Shown here piece by piece: positions 26,040 through 35,025 of a stretch of 58,870 bases of DNA. The notes beneath the pieces were generated by a model. The model was given only the letters and a program-made list of their open reading frames with translations, was not told the DNA's origin and made no database searches. Numbering within the stretch: the stretch's first letter is position 1; each line of letters begins with the position of its first letter. The stretch is from contig CAZJQR010000001.1 in assembly GCA_964548345.1 (NCBI GenBank), positions 1-58,870 of the forward strand. Reading direction: 5' to 3'. The position numbers and the translations under genes are program-made. The stretch comes from an uncultured Candidatus Bathyarchaeia archaeon (GTDB lineage: Archaea; Thermoproteota; Bathyarchaeia; Bathyarchaeales; Bathycorpusculaceae).

Positions 26040-27011
26040 TTGAGTTTTGAAATGTGGGCTGAAAAATACAGGCCGAAAAGCCTAGGCGCCATGGCAAACC
26101 AGAAAACGATTGTTGAACGCTTAATAAGCTTCGTTAAAGCAAGAAACGTGCCTCACTGCATATTCGCTGGACCACCAGGAACGGGCAAGACCACCGCTGC
26201 CCTGTGTTTGGCGCGTGACCTTTACGGTGAAGGTTACCGTGAACACCTTATGGAGTTAAACGCCAGCGATGAACGAGGCATCAACGTTGTCCGAGAAACC
26301 ATAAAGACTTTTGCGCGGTCTCGCTCCATCGGCGAGATTCCCTTCAAAATCTTGATTTTGGATGAAGCTGACAACATGACCTCTGATGCGCAGCAGGCTT
26401 TACGGCGCACAATGGAAAGATACACTGAAACATGCCGGTTTATCATGTGTGCGAATTACAGCGGCAAGATAATTGAGCCGATTCAGTCTAGATGTGCCCC
26501 TTTCAGGTTTACTTTCTTACCCCGAGAAGAGCATGACAACTACATTAAACACATTGCTGAATGTGAAAACGTCCAGTTACTGCCTGATGGTGTAGATGCG
26601 ATATTTGAGGTTTGTGGCGGCGACCTCAGGAGGGGGATTAATAGTTTGCAAGGTGCTGCTTCGATGAACAAGCCTGTAGATGCCAAACTGGTTTATTCTG
26701 TAGCTGGCAAAGCCAGTCCTTCCGACGTGCAAAAGATGTTGACCACCGCCATCAACGGTGACTTTTCAGGCGCAAGGAAACAGCTGCGCGATATGCTTCA
26801 AAAGTACGGGGTAGCCGGCGTTGACATTATCAGGCAGGTTCACAGGGAGATTTTCAAAACCGAGATTCCTGAGCGTTTAAAAATAAAGCTGGCAGGCATC
26901 ACAGGCGAGGTAGATTTCCGCCTTGTAGAGGGTTCAGACGAAGAGGTACAATTGAGCGCTCTGCTAGCAAAGCTCGTTGAAGCGGGTTATGAAATGAAAA
27001 AACTGAGCTAG
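26040..27011 (+). CDS. rfcS: Replication factor C small subunit
   Basis: WAEKYRPKSL, Walker A GPPGTGKTT, DEADNMT, SRC motif (QSRCAPFRF). The start is the TTG at 26040, 9 nt after ggagg. An alternative ATG lies at 26052. Confidence 0.9.
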   Translation: MSFEMWAEKYRPKSLGAMANQKTIVERLISFVKARNVPHCIFAGPPGTGKTTAALCLARDLYGEGYREHLMELNASDERGINVVRETIKTFARSRSIGEIPFKILILDEADNMTSDAQQALRRTMERYTETCRFIMCANYSGKIIEPIQSRCAPFRFTFLPREEHDNYIKHIAECENVQLLPDGVDAIFEVCGGDLRRGINSLQGAASMNKPVDAKLVYSVAGKASPSDVQKMLTTAINGDFSGARKQLRDMLQKYGVAGVDIIRQVHREIFKTEIPERLKIKLAGITGEVDFRLVEGSDEEVQLSALLAKLVEAGYEMKKLS

Positions 27012-27021
27012 GTGCCCGTTT

Positions 27022-28281
27022 TTGTACGCGGCTTGGACCGTTAAGCACAAACCGAAATCTCCCGCTGAAATAGTAGGCAACCCCAGCGCCCTCAAAACCT
27101 TAAGTGACTGGCTTCAATCTTGGAGCAAAGGCATACCCAAAAAGAGGGCGGCTTTTCTCTACGGGTCACCTGGAGTTGGAAAAACCGTCTCAGTTGAGGT
27201 TTTGGCTCGCGACTTGCACATGGAGCTTGTGGAAAAAAACGCCAGTGACTACAGGACAGAAGACGCCATAAACCGTTTCGCAGGTTTAGCCTCGCAATAT
27301 TCGTCCTTGTTTGGCGGACAAAGAATCGTTTTGCTTGACGAGTTAGACGGGTTGATGGGAAATGCCGACAAGGGCGGTGTCAAAGCAATCACTAACGTTG
27401 TTAAAACGGCTCGGTGCCCAGTGGTTTTGATAGCTAACAACGCTTATGACCCGCGGTTCAGGACTCTCCGCAGCTATTGTCGCCTTATAGACTTCAAAAA
27501 ACCTATTGCAAGCAGCATAGCCAAACGCTTGCAGCACATTTGCGAGCGTGAAGGAATTCAAGCCGATGAGAACGCCCTAAAGTTTCTTGCTCAACGGTCA
27601 GGAGGCGATGTGCGCTCTGCGGTTAATGACCTTCAGGCTCTAGCTCAAGGAAAGAAACATCTAACATACAAGGATGTTTCATGGCTTGCCTACCGTGACA
27701 GGCAAGAATCGATTTTCAATGTTCTCAGGATGATTGTTTACGGCAGAACAGCTTACGGCGCGAAACAAGCCGTGGACATGGCTGACATGGACTTGGATAT
27801 GCTCTTCGAATGGATTTACGAGAATGCCCCCGCGCATATCACTGACCCACATGACTTAGTTCAAGCCATGGACGCTCTTGCCATGGCTGATGTCTACCGC
27901 GGCAGAATCCGCGCGTCCCAAGATTGGAGTTATCTGCGTTACGTGATTGACTTCATGACGGCAGGGGTGGCTTTGGCTAGGCAGAACTCCAAAGTTAGCG
28001 GGTGGATTCCGTTCAAGTTTCCAAGCCGCATTATGATGCTGTCCCGGTCCAAGGCTCAGCGGGCGCTGCTAAAGCGCATAGGTCTCAAAATCAGGCGCAA
28101 ATGCCACATCTCCGCCGCGCGCGCTTCGAAAGAGGTTTTGCCTTACCTGCGGATCATTTTCAAAAACAATGTCCACATGGCTGCTGGAATCGCGAAGTGG
28201 CTTGACTTGGACGAAGAAATGGTGGAGTACATTGTTGGAACCAAAGCTAAAGCGGGAAAAATCACCGCGTTTCTGCCCTAA
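27022..28281 (+). CDS. rfcL: Replication factor C large subunit
   Basis: 419 aa. WTVKHKPKS, Walker A GSPGVGKT, LDELDG. TTG is the only possible start after the in-frame TGA at 27004. The gene follows rfcS by 10 nt. Confidence 0.85.
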   Translation: MYAAWTVKHKPKSPAEIVGNPSALKTLSDWLQSWSKGIPKKRAAFLYGSPGVGKTVSVEVLARDLHMELVEKNASDYRTEDAINRFAGLASQYSSLFGGQRIVLLDELDGLMGNADKGGVKAITNVVKTARCPVVLIANNAYDPRFRTLRSYCRLIDFKKPIASSIAKRLQHICEREGIQADENALKFLAQRSGGDVRSAVNDLQALAQGKKHLTYKDVSWLAYRDRQESIFNVLRMIVYGRTAYGAKQAVDMADMDLDMLFEWIYENAPAHITDPHDLVQAMDALAMADVYRGRIRASQDWSYLRYVIDFMTAGVALARQNSKVSGWIPFKFPSRIMMLSRSKAQRALLKRIGLKIRRKCHISAARASKEVLPYLRIIFKNNVHMAAGIAKWLDLDEEMVEYIVGTKAKAGKITAFLP

Positions 28282-28291
28282 AAATTAGGGC

Positions 28292-28627
28292 TTAGCGGAT
28301 TTTGCTGCCTTCTGCAACATCTTTTTCTGGCTGCAACACCACAACGTTGCCTTCGTCGTCTTCAGCCGCCAATATCATGCACTGCGACTCCACGCCCATC
28401 ACCTTGCGCTTTTGAAGGTTAAGGATGAAAACGCATTTTTTGCCGACCAAGTCTTGCGGTTGGTACCACTGCAGAAGCCCAGCGACCGCCTGCCTTTTTT
28501 CCGTTCCAAAATCAACCATGATTCGTATGAGGTTTCTCGAACCAGGAATCTGGTTTGCTTCCGTAATTTTTCCTATGCGCAAATCAAGTTTTTGAAATTC
28601 TTCAAACGGGATTTCCACTTTAAACAC
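28292..28627 (-). CDS. tRNA-binding domain protein (Trbp111/CsaA/EMAP-like OB fold)
   Basis: 111 aa. F.KLDLRIGKI..A..IPGS..L....VDFG...RQ.V.G... ILAAED is the classical free-standing tRNA-binding domain pattern. Confidence 0.8.
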   Translation of the reverse strand: MFKVEIPFEEFQKLDLRIGKITEANQIPGSRNLIRIMVDFGTEKRQAVAGLLQWYQPQDLVGKKCVFILNLQKRKVMGVESQCMILAAEDDEGNVVVLQPEKDVAEGSKIR

Positions 28628-28643
28628 CTACCGCAAAGGTTTT

Positions 28644-29336
28644 TCACTTGACTAAAATTAAGGTTTTGTGTTTTGCTTGCACCCTTTTTCTTTCTTCTGT
28701 AGCTATCTTATGAGCTTGCCAAATCGGTTCAGGAAGTTTACTGTTGCGCACACAATGTTTTGCGATTTTCACAGCTGTCTCAAGCGATACTAAATGGCCA
28801 ACGCTGACGTAGACAGGCTTCACACCCTCTCTCGTCGTAACAACCGCGCCAATAATTCGACCTTTTTGAACCAAAAAGACTTGACCCGCAATCGTCGTGG
28901 GCTCACCGATCAGTCTGCTTTTTGCCACTCCAATGGTGGGTTTTCCCACGGCTAGCCCGAGGTGGCTGGCGAAACCACATCCATACGGGTGTGCCAATCC
29001 TTGACCGTCAGCAAGCAACACGTCAGGCTGTAGCCTCAGCTTTTTAATGCATGCAACTGCAGGCGGAATCTCCCTGAAGGACAACAACGTCGGAATGTAG
29101 GGGAACTTCACTTTAATCGTTGCCGCTTGCCGCTCTAAAAGTTCGAGGGACGCAAAATCCAAAACTGCAGCGGCGCCTATTGCTAACTCGTCGGTGTATG
29201 AGACGTCAACACCAGCGACACGCATAATCTTTCGAGGCAAACGGTCTTCGATAACGATTCGCTGAGCCAAACGCAACTGCGCTTTGTGGGCTTTCGAAAC
29301 AGAAAAGTTGGGCGGGGCGGCAACGGTAGGATGCAT
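28644..29336 (-). CDS. nfi: Endonuclease V
   Basis: 230 aa with VAGVDVSY, YIPTLLSFRE, LLADGQGLAHPYGCGFASHLG and PVYVSVGH. Confidence 0.9.
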   Translation of the reverse strand: MHPTVAAPPNFSVSKAHKAQLRLAQRIVIEDRLPRKIMRVAGVDVSYTDELAIGAAAVLDFASLELLERQAATIKVKFPYIPTLLSFREIPPAVACIKKLRLQPDVLLADGQGLAHPYGCGFASHLGLAVGKPTIGVAKSRLIGEPTTIAGQVFLVQKGRIIGAVVTTREGVKPVYVSVGHLVSLETAVKIAKHCVRNSKLPEPIWQAHKIATEERKRVQAKHKTLILVK

Positions 29337-29339
29337 GGG

Positions 29340-29993
29340 TTAACCTTTTCGGGGCTGGCGCTTTCGTCTCTGCGCTTGTTCAAACTGTTTCAGGTAATTC
29401 TCCAGCGAGTTTCTCCGCACTTCTTGAGTGATGTCGCCTCGCGTAGTTTCAATAATTCGACGCGCCACATCGCATTTTCTCCTAAGCCCAGAAACAAGCA
29501 TATACGCTTCATCCATAGCCATTAATTCAATGTAAATTTCATCCATGATTTCCAGGCATTCCTCACCTTTTGCGGCTTTCCCTTCACGCAGCGCGTCCAA
29601 AGCCAAGCGGCGGTATTCGCCTATAACGTCGGCTAACCCCAACACGTAATCCACCGTTGGCACGTTGATCTCCTTCCGCGTGACAAAACGCGCTTCTTGG
29701 ATTAGTCCCAAAAGTATGTTGGCTTCGGAGTACTCTTGTAGAGCCGCGCTGAACATGCCGCTGTAGATTATGTCGGGGTATTCCCTCGCTGAATCTTGGA
29801 GTCTGGAGATCAGTTCTTTCGCGTTTTCAACTAGTTTTACGGCTTCTTCATGCTTTTTTTGGTGCATAAGAAGTATTGCTTGCTTGGACAAGCTAGTTGC
29901 CTTTCGCATGCTTTGCTGTGCGTTTTCTCGCACTTTGTCTTTTTCCGCCAGCTCTTTTTTCACTTCTTTCAAAATAGATTTTAAAGTTCCCAA
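29340..29993 (-). CDS. Translin-family protein (archaeal COG2178-type predicted RNA-binding protein/RNase)
   Basis: 217-aa all-helical protein with the translin-type segment DYVLGLADVIGEYRRLALDAL. It lies 3 nt upstream of nfi. Confidence 0.6.
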   Translation of the reverse strand: MGTLKSILKEVKKELAEKDKVRENAQQSMRKATSLSKQAILLMHQKKHEEAVKLVENAKELISRLQDSAREYPDIIYSGMFSAALQEYSEANILLGLIQEARFVTRKEINVPTVDYVLGLADVIGEYRRLALDALREGKAAKGEECLEIMDEIYIELMAMDEAYMLVSGLRRKCDVARRIIETTRGDITQEVRRNSLENYLKQFEQAQRRKRQPRKG

Positions 29994-30089
29994 GTTTTCA
30001 CCATTCTAACTTTGTAAAATACACTGCTATTTATTAAATCACTGTTGAAAAAATTGGATGGGGAAAGAAAAGTTACCTTTCTTGTTGTT

Positions 30090-30296
30090 CTATTCTTCTT
30101 CCGGTTCAGGCTCCACCCATCTTTCTATCAGGAGTTTGTCGTCTTTCAGTTTGAAGCTTACTTTGACGAATATGGAGTCTGCTCCTTTAAATGGGAACAT
30201 GCTGTCTTCCGCCAGGTCTTTCGGTATGTAGATTAGGTATTTGCCGTCCTTTCTCCTGAACAATCGTCCTCTTCCTTCACTAACCATTGTCACCAC
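30090..30296 (-). CDS. Small conserved-looking hypothetical protein (68 aa)
   Basis: The ORF has plausible protein character (GRGRLFRRKDGKYLIYIPKDLAEDSMFPF..., acidic tail) in an otherwise empty gap. It might have an AbrB-like swapped-hairpin fold. No firm family assignment. Confidence 0.4.
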   Translation of the reverse strand: MVTMVSEGRGRLFRRKDGKYLIYIPKDLAEDSMFPFKGADSIFVKVSFKLKDDKLLIERWVEPEPEEE

Positions 30297-30436
30297 CCCT
30301 TAAATTAAATCTAAAATTCAAGGAAAGGTGTCTGCCAAATAACTATTTAAGGCTATATCTCAAAGTTTCCATCATCACCTTATTAGCCGTATCAGATACA
30401 GTTTAAAATTGAATTATTTGCATAATCCACTGTCGT

Positions 30437-31426
30437 TCAGGCAGGTCCAAAACGTATAGGCTTCTCACGTTTACTTAATAACACAACTCTACTCTCAAAC
30501 GACTCGTCTATTATCGAATAACCCGTTCGCTCTGCTAAACGCGTCGCAAAATCGCAAACCTCTCCATGTGCAGGCATATTCGCATAACCTAAACGGAGAC
30601 CCGAAAAACCAACATGCATGTACGCCTTGGCTTCAATGTACGTGGGATTGGCTCTTTCAACCAGCTCCCCGTAGCCCTCAACCGCCTCCATGTTATGCCC
30701 TTTCACCAACGTCGTGCGTATCACGGTGGGACATCGGAAACTCGGCAGCAAGCTCAGCGTCTCCTTCAACTTTGCCCAAGCGTGGGGCACCTGGGGACGG
30801 CAAACACGCCTGAACACCTCTTCACTTGGAGCACAGACAGAGACGTAAAGCTGCGTTGGCTCTTCGCTTAATTCTGAGAGTTTAGATGGCGCCGTACCGT
30901 TAGACACGAGGAACGTAGTAAACCCCTTACGGTGAAAAACGCGAATCAGCTCGCCTAGAGGACCGTAAAGCGTTGGTTCACCAGCCAAACTTATGGCAAC
31001 GTGTCTAGGCCTCAAGGCTTCCGTGAGCTTCTGCCAGTTTGTTTTCGGATTTCCAGTGTAACCACTCAAAATCTTGGCTTGCGCCTTCAAGCTTTCCTGG
31101 GCAATTTCTTCCGCCGAATCCCAACTCGGCAGCTTCATCTCGTCCCATTCCATTTGCAAGTCCCCGCTCTGCGCTCTCCAACAAAACAGGCACTGTTGTG
31201 TACAGTAAAAAAGCGCGGGCGTCATTTGGATACACTGGTGCGATTTTATCCCGTAAAACTTCTGCTTGTAGCATACGCGGTCATGAATTAAAGATTCGTA
31301 AAGCCACTTACACCTTTTAACCGCTGAATGTCTACCCACAAAATGATATTTTTGCTTCTTCAAGGCTTGCACGAGCAAAGGCGAAACCAAAGTCTCCAAC
31401 ATACTCTCACTTGTCCAAGTCAGCAC
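30437..31426 (-). CDS. taw1: tRNA 4-demethylwyosine synthase (radical SAM, Taw1/TYW1)
   Basis: 329 aa with YGIKSHQCIQMTP and the radical-SAM cluster CTQQCLFCWR, plus an N-terminal extra Cys region as in Taw1. Confidence 0.85.
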   Translation of the reverse strand: MLTWTSESMLETLVSPLLVQALKKQKYHFVGRHSAVKRCKWLYESLIHDRVCYKQKFYGIKSHQCIQMTPALFYCTQQCLFCWRAQSGDLQMEWDEMKLPSWDSAEEIAQESLKAQAKILSGYTGNPKTNWQKLTEALRPRHVAISLAGEPTLYGPLGELIRVFHRKGFTTFLVSNGTAPSKLSELSEEPTQLYVSVCAPSEEVFRRVCRPQVPHAWAKLKETLSLLPSFRCPTVIRTTLVKGHNMEAVEGYGELVERANPTYIEAKAYMHVGFSGLRLGYANMPAHGEVCDFATRLAERTGYSIIDESFESRVVLLSKREKPIRFGPA

Positions 31427-31650
31427 TGTTTCACTTTCACAATCAACTATAGAATCGTTTTATAAAAACAGTCACGCCACAAAAAAAAATTAGTAATGCT
31501 CGAAACCGAATTAACCTGTCCATTTCAGGCTTGCCAACTGCTTCTTGCCGAGCCGAGTCTTTTTGGCTTCCACAGCATTCTAGGATAGCGGCGCCATTCT
31601 GGAGTGTGTTTAATGAAAAGGCAAAGTTTAAAATGGTCTCTTAATAGTAA

Positions 31651-33786
31651 ATGTTCAATCGCAATGAAAGTCGGCCGAACACGGAGAAGTCTTGTTTGAA
31701 GAATAAAGCGGCAGTTATCCTCCTCATATTGATGGGCGTGTCTTTTCTATTCATGCCGCTCTCGATAGTTCTAGGGCAGCAAGGCGTGAGCATAATTTTA
31801 GTGTCTCCTCAGGAAGCGGGAGTTGTGGGTCAAGAAGTTAACTTTCAAGGCACCATAGAGACCACAGATGGCGAGTACCAAATTTGGTTTGGCGACAAAC
31901 TTGTTGTAAGCAACAGTTCGGAAGGGTATTATGTGAATACAAACTTCACAATTCCTGAACTTCCAGGAGGAGACTACTCTATAACGCTGAGGGATTTCAG
32001 CAAAAACATTAACGACACCTACCCCTTCACCGTGTCCATAGCCTACTACATTGAAGCCCTTGAACCTTCTTCGCCCGCGCAATTGCAGGAAGGAAGTGAC
32101 GTTGTTTTGAACGTAAGAGTAACTGGAATTCAATCAGGCACTTCATACTACGCGAACGTTACGGTTGCGCTTCCGGCACCGCTCAGCACGAGGTATTCGC
32201 AGGCAGTTGAACTCGCCGTTTCAAGCCAAGAAGCAGTTGCAACTGGACAGGTCACTTATCCAAGCGCCGCGTTCCAACCTGAAGGTGCACTTACAAACTA
32301 TACGGGTTCATACCAAGTTTACTTTAACGAGACTCAACTGTTAGGAGCGGAAGACCAGTTTTTCGTGGGTTTCACAGATTCGAGCGAGTATCACAGAGGC
32401 GAATCCGCGGCGATAGACGCGATTGGATATCAACCTGACGAAAACACAACATTTTCCATTAAATATGCGGAAACCGGCTCTAGTGTGCATTCTGAAACGG
32501 TGACTGCCTCAAGCGGAGGGATAATTAATTCTTCGTGGATCGTGCCATCTGACGCGTTAATTGGTGATTATAACATAACCATAACACCAGAGAATACGGC
32601 TAAGCTCATACCTGATTCACAGCTCTTCACTGTTCCAGGTTATCTCGTCAAGATCCGAACGTTAAATTTGGCAGGTGAGCCTGTGCCTCAAATAGAGATT
32701 GACGCCCTTGACCAAGCCACAAACAAGGTGTACAACGGTACAAGCGGAAGTGATGGAATAGCCAGTTTGAACCTTGAAAAGGGTAATCACATTATAAGCG
32801 CGTTCTGGAATGGCGTGAAAGTCGGCGAAATTAACGCGACCGTGACTGGAGAAAGTACTTTTGATCTGATGTGTGAGTTGACCAATCTTGAAATAACCGT
32901 TCAAAACGAAAACGGGAATCTAATACCTTTCGTTAACCTAGACATCACATATCAATATGTTACAACAAAAGGAAGCTCATCGAAAACGGGGCATGCCTCC
33001 GGACAAACAGGGCTCTCGGGAACTTTTGTTTTGAACTCTAGTCTACCGGGAATAAGTTACACCCTGAACGCTTCTCTTTACGGCGTAGCTTTCAACGCGG
33101 GCAACAGCACCGTCACCGACCTGCCAGCGCAGCCAATTTACAACGTAATAATATTGTGCCCAAGTCGAAGGCTGACCCTTAAGATAGTCGATTATAACCT
33201 AGCAGCCATTCCTGATGCGCGTATAGAACTGTTTGAGGTGACAAGCGGTTTATTCAATAGCGCTGCGACTGACGCTACGGGGACGGTTACTGTGGAAGTT
33301 ACGTTCGGAAAGTATAGGCTACGCGTTTACAAGGATGATATTTTGTTGAATAAAACCTTTGTTGAGGTTTTCAGCGACACCCAAAGTGAAATCCGTTGCA
33401 GTCTCTACAACATTAAGGTATCAGTTAAGGTGGTTGACTATTTCGAGCAGCCGATTCCCAACGTAAACGTTAGGCTCCATGGTCCTGGAATAGGAACGCT
33501 GTCGGATACGACGAAGACCAACGGAATCACAACATTCAGCAATGTAATTGGCGGCAGCATGCAAATTATAGCCTATCCAGAAGGCGTGGAGAACTCTTAT
33601 GAAGCCCGGAACCTCCAAGTCGAGGAGTCGACAACAATACAGATTCAAATGTCCAAGTACGTTCTTTTAGGACCGTTTCTGATTGAGAGCAGTGTGCTGG
33701 CAACTTTTATCGTAATTTTGGTGGCTGTTATATTGTTTGTCTCTATTGAGGTTTACAGGAGAAAACGAGCAAAATCTGCTAAGTGA
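31651..33786 (+). CDS. Large secreted surface protein with a C-terminal TM anchor (repeated Ig/carboxypeptidase-regulatory-like beta domains)
   Basis: 711 aa with an N-terminal signal/TM (AAVILLILMGVSFLFMPLSIVLG) and many N-x-S/T sequons. The C-terminus is LGPFLIESSVLATFIVILVAVILFVSIEVYRRKRAKSAK, that is motif + TM + basic tail. Confidence 0.65.
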   Translation: MFNRNESRPNTEKSCLKNKAAVILLILMGVSFLFMPLSIVLGQQGVSIILVSPQEAGVVGQEVNFQGTIETTDGEYQIWFGDKLVVSNSSEGYYVNTNFTIPELPGGDYSITLRDFSKNINDTYPFTVSIAYYIEALEPSSPAQLQEGSDVVLNVRVTGIQSGTSYYANVTVALPAPLSTRYSQAVELAVSSQEAVATGQVTYPSAAFQPEGALTNYTGSYQVYFNETQLLGAEDQFFVGFTDSSEYHRGESAAIDAIGYQPDENTTFSIKYAETGSSVHSETVTASSGGIINSSWIVPSDALIGDYNITITPENTAKLIPDSQLFTVPGYLVKIRTLNLAGEPVPQIEIDALDQATNKVYNGTSGSDGIASLNLEKGNHIISAFWNGVKVGEINATVTGESTFDLMCELTNLEITVQNENGNLIPFVNLDITYQYVTTKGSSSKTGHASGQTGLSGTFVLNSSLPGISYTLNASLYGVAFNAGNSTVTDLPAQPIYNVIILCPSRRLTLKIVDYNLAAIPDARIELFEVTSGLFNSAATDATGTVTVEVTFGKYRLRVYKDDILLNKTFVEVFSDTQSEIRCSLYNIKVSVKVVDYFEQPIPNVNVRLHGPGIGTLSDTTKTNGITTFSNVIGGSMQIIAYPEGVENSYEARNLQVEESTTIQIQMSKYVLLGPFLIESSVLATFIVILVAVILFVSIEVYRRKRAKSAK

Positions 33787-33906
33787 AAGTTAAATGTGTA
33801 ATCAAGAGTCTGGAATAAAAATATTTATATGGGTTTCAAGAGAAATACATTCTTGGGAATGCATTGCAACATTGAATTTTATTGATTAACAATAGAGGTG
33901 TATCTA

Positions 33907-34194
33907 TTGGCTCAAACAAAAACCTGTTCTCCCACATGTCAATTCTTCAAATGCGTTAAAAACTCCGCGTTCTACCGCCGCGACGCTGTATGGTGCAGAT
34001 GGACTGATGATGTCTGTAACGTTGCGAACTGTACTTATGCTCTCTGCGTTAAGAGGCGTTTGCTGCCGCGGGGAATCTGTGGAGAAACCGTGAAACGCAA
34101 AACTGTTGAAAGGGAACCTGAAGAGGTAATAAACCAGACGATAAAGCTTCGGGGAAAGGCGTTACGCAAGATCGGGGACAGAGAAATCTTTTGA
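33907..34194 (+). CDS. Cys-rich small protein (8 Cys in the first 60 aa, basic tail), function unknown
   Basis: AQTKTCSPTCQFFKCVKNSAFYRRDAVWCRWTDDVCNVANCTYALCVKRRLLPRGICGE... The ORF track starts at GTG 33898. I prefer TTG 33907 because gaggtg lies 6 nt upstream. Confidence 0.45.
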   Translation: MAQTKTCSPTCQFFKCVKNSAFYRRDAVWCRWTDDVCNVANCTYALCVKRRLLPRGICGETVKRKTVEREPEEVINQTIKLRGKALRKIGDREIF

Positions 34195-34259
34195 AGACTA
34201 AGGTAAAAGCAAAAAGCGTTGTTTAACTCGTGAATTCGTGAGGTTCGTGCAACCTCTCT

Positions 34260-34421
34260 TTATTTGGCTTGTACACGTTTAACTACTGGCGGTTTTACCT
34301 TTTTTAGAATTCTGTAGCCGCAGACTATGCATTTTGTTTCTCCGCCGCGCATTTCCAACTCTTCAGAGGGGACTTTTGCGCCGCATCTTATACATTCGTA
34401 AACAATTCCTGTGTTTTCCAA
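34260..34421 (-). CDS. rpoP: DNA-directed RNA polymerase subunit P (Rpo12/RPABC4)
   Basis: Below the ORF-track size cut-off and found by hand: (L/M)ENTGIVYECIRCGAKVPSEELEMRGGETKCIVCGYRILKKVKPPVVKRVQAK. It has the CxxC...CxxC zinc ribbon plus the R-I-L-x-K-x-R/K-P tail typical of RpoP. The TTG start lies 10 nt after ggag. Confidence 0.75.
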   Translation of the reverse strand: MENTGIVYECIRCGAKVPSEELEMRGGETKCIVCGYRILKKVKPPVVKRVQAK

Positions 34422-34503
34422 TGGAATTTACTCCTTTCTACAAAGGAAAAGTATTTTGCTTTTAAATGTTTCCGATTATCTCTTTGTTAATGAAGGGTGA
34501 AGT

Positions 34504-35025
34504 TTGAGGAAACAGCTACGCAAGACCCTTTCAAGCGTTCTTTCTTCCGAAGACCTATGCAAAGTTTACAATTCCTTTGATGTTGTAGGCGACATAGCCA
34601 TATTCAGGTTGCCCCGCACCTCGTCGGTGAACGCAAAAGCCGCCGCAGAGGCAATAATGCCTCGTCATAGGAACGTGAAAACAGTTTTACTTCAATCAAT
34701 CCCTGTGGCTGGAGACCTTAGGCTCCGCCGCTTAACACATGTAGCTGGCGAAAACAAAACAAGCACCATTCATAAGGAATCTGGCTGCTTATTCGCCGTC
34801 GACGTGGCAAAATGCTATTTTTCTCCCCGGCTTTCCCACGAAAGAATGCGAATCTCAAGGCAAGCTGAACCCAACGAAAACGTGATCAACATGTTCGCGG
34901 GCGTCGGCTGTTTTTCCATAATAATCGCTAAACACTCAAACGCGGCGAAAGTGTTTTCCATAGACGTTAATCCCGCGGCAATTCAGTTCACCCAAGAGAA
35001 TGTTAGGCTTAACAGAGTACGGTAA
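34504..35025 (+). CDS. trm5: tRNA (guanine37-N1)-methyltransferase Trm5/Taw22 family, N-terminal fragment (frame A)
   Basis: FDVVGDIAIF, CYFSPRLSHER, SAM motif I (NMFAGVGCFSI) and SIDVNP. It ends at a TAA straight after ENVRLNRV, where homologues continue. Confidence 0.75.
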   Translation: MRKQLRKTLSSVLSSEDLCKVYNSFDVVGDIAIFRLPRTSSVNAKAAAEAIMPRHRNVKTVLLQSIPVAGDLRLRRLTHVAGENKTSTIHKESGCLFAVDVAKCYFSPRLSHERMRISRQAEPNENVINMFAGVGCFSIIIAKHSNAAKVFSIDVNPAAIQFTQENVRLNRVR

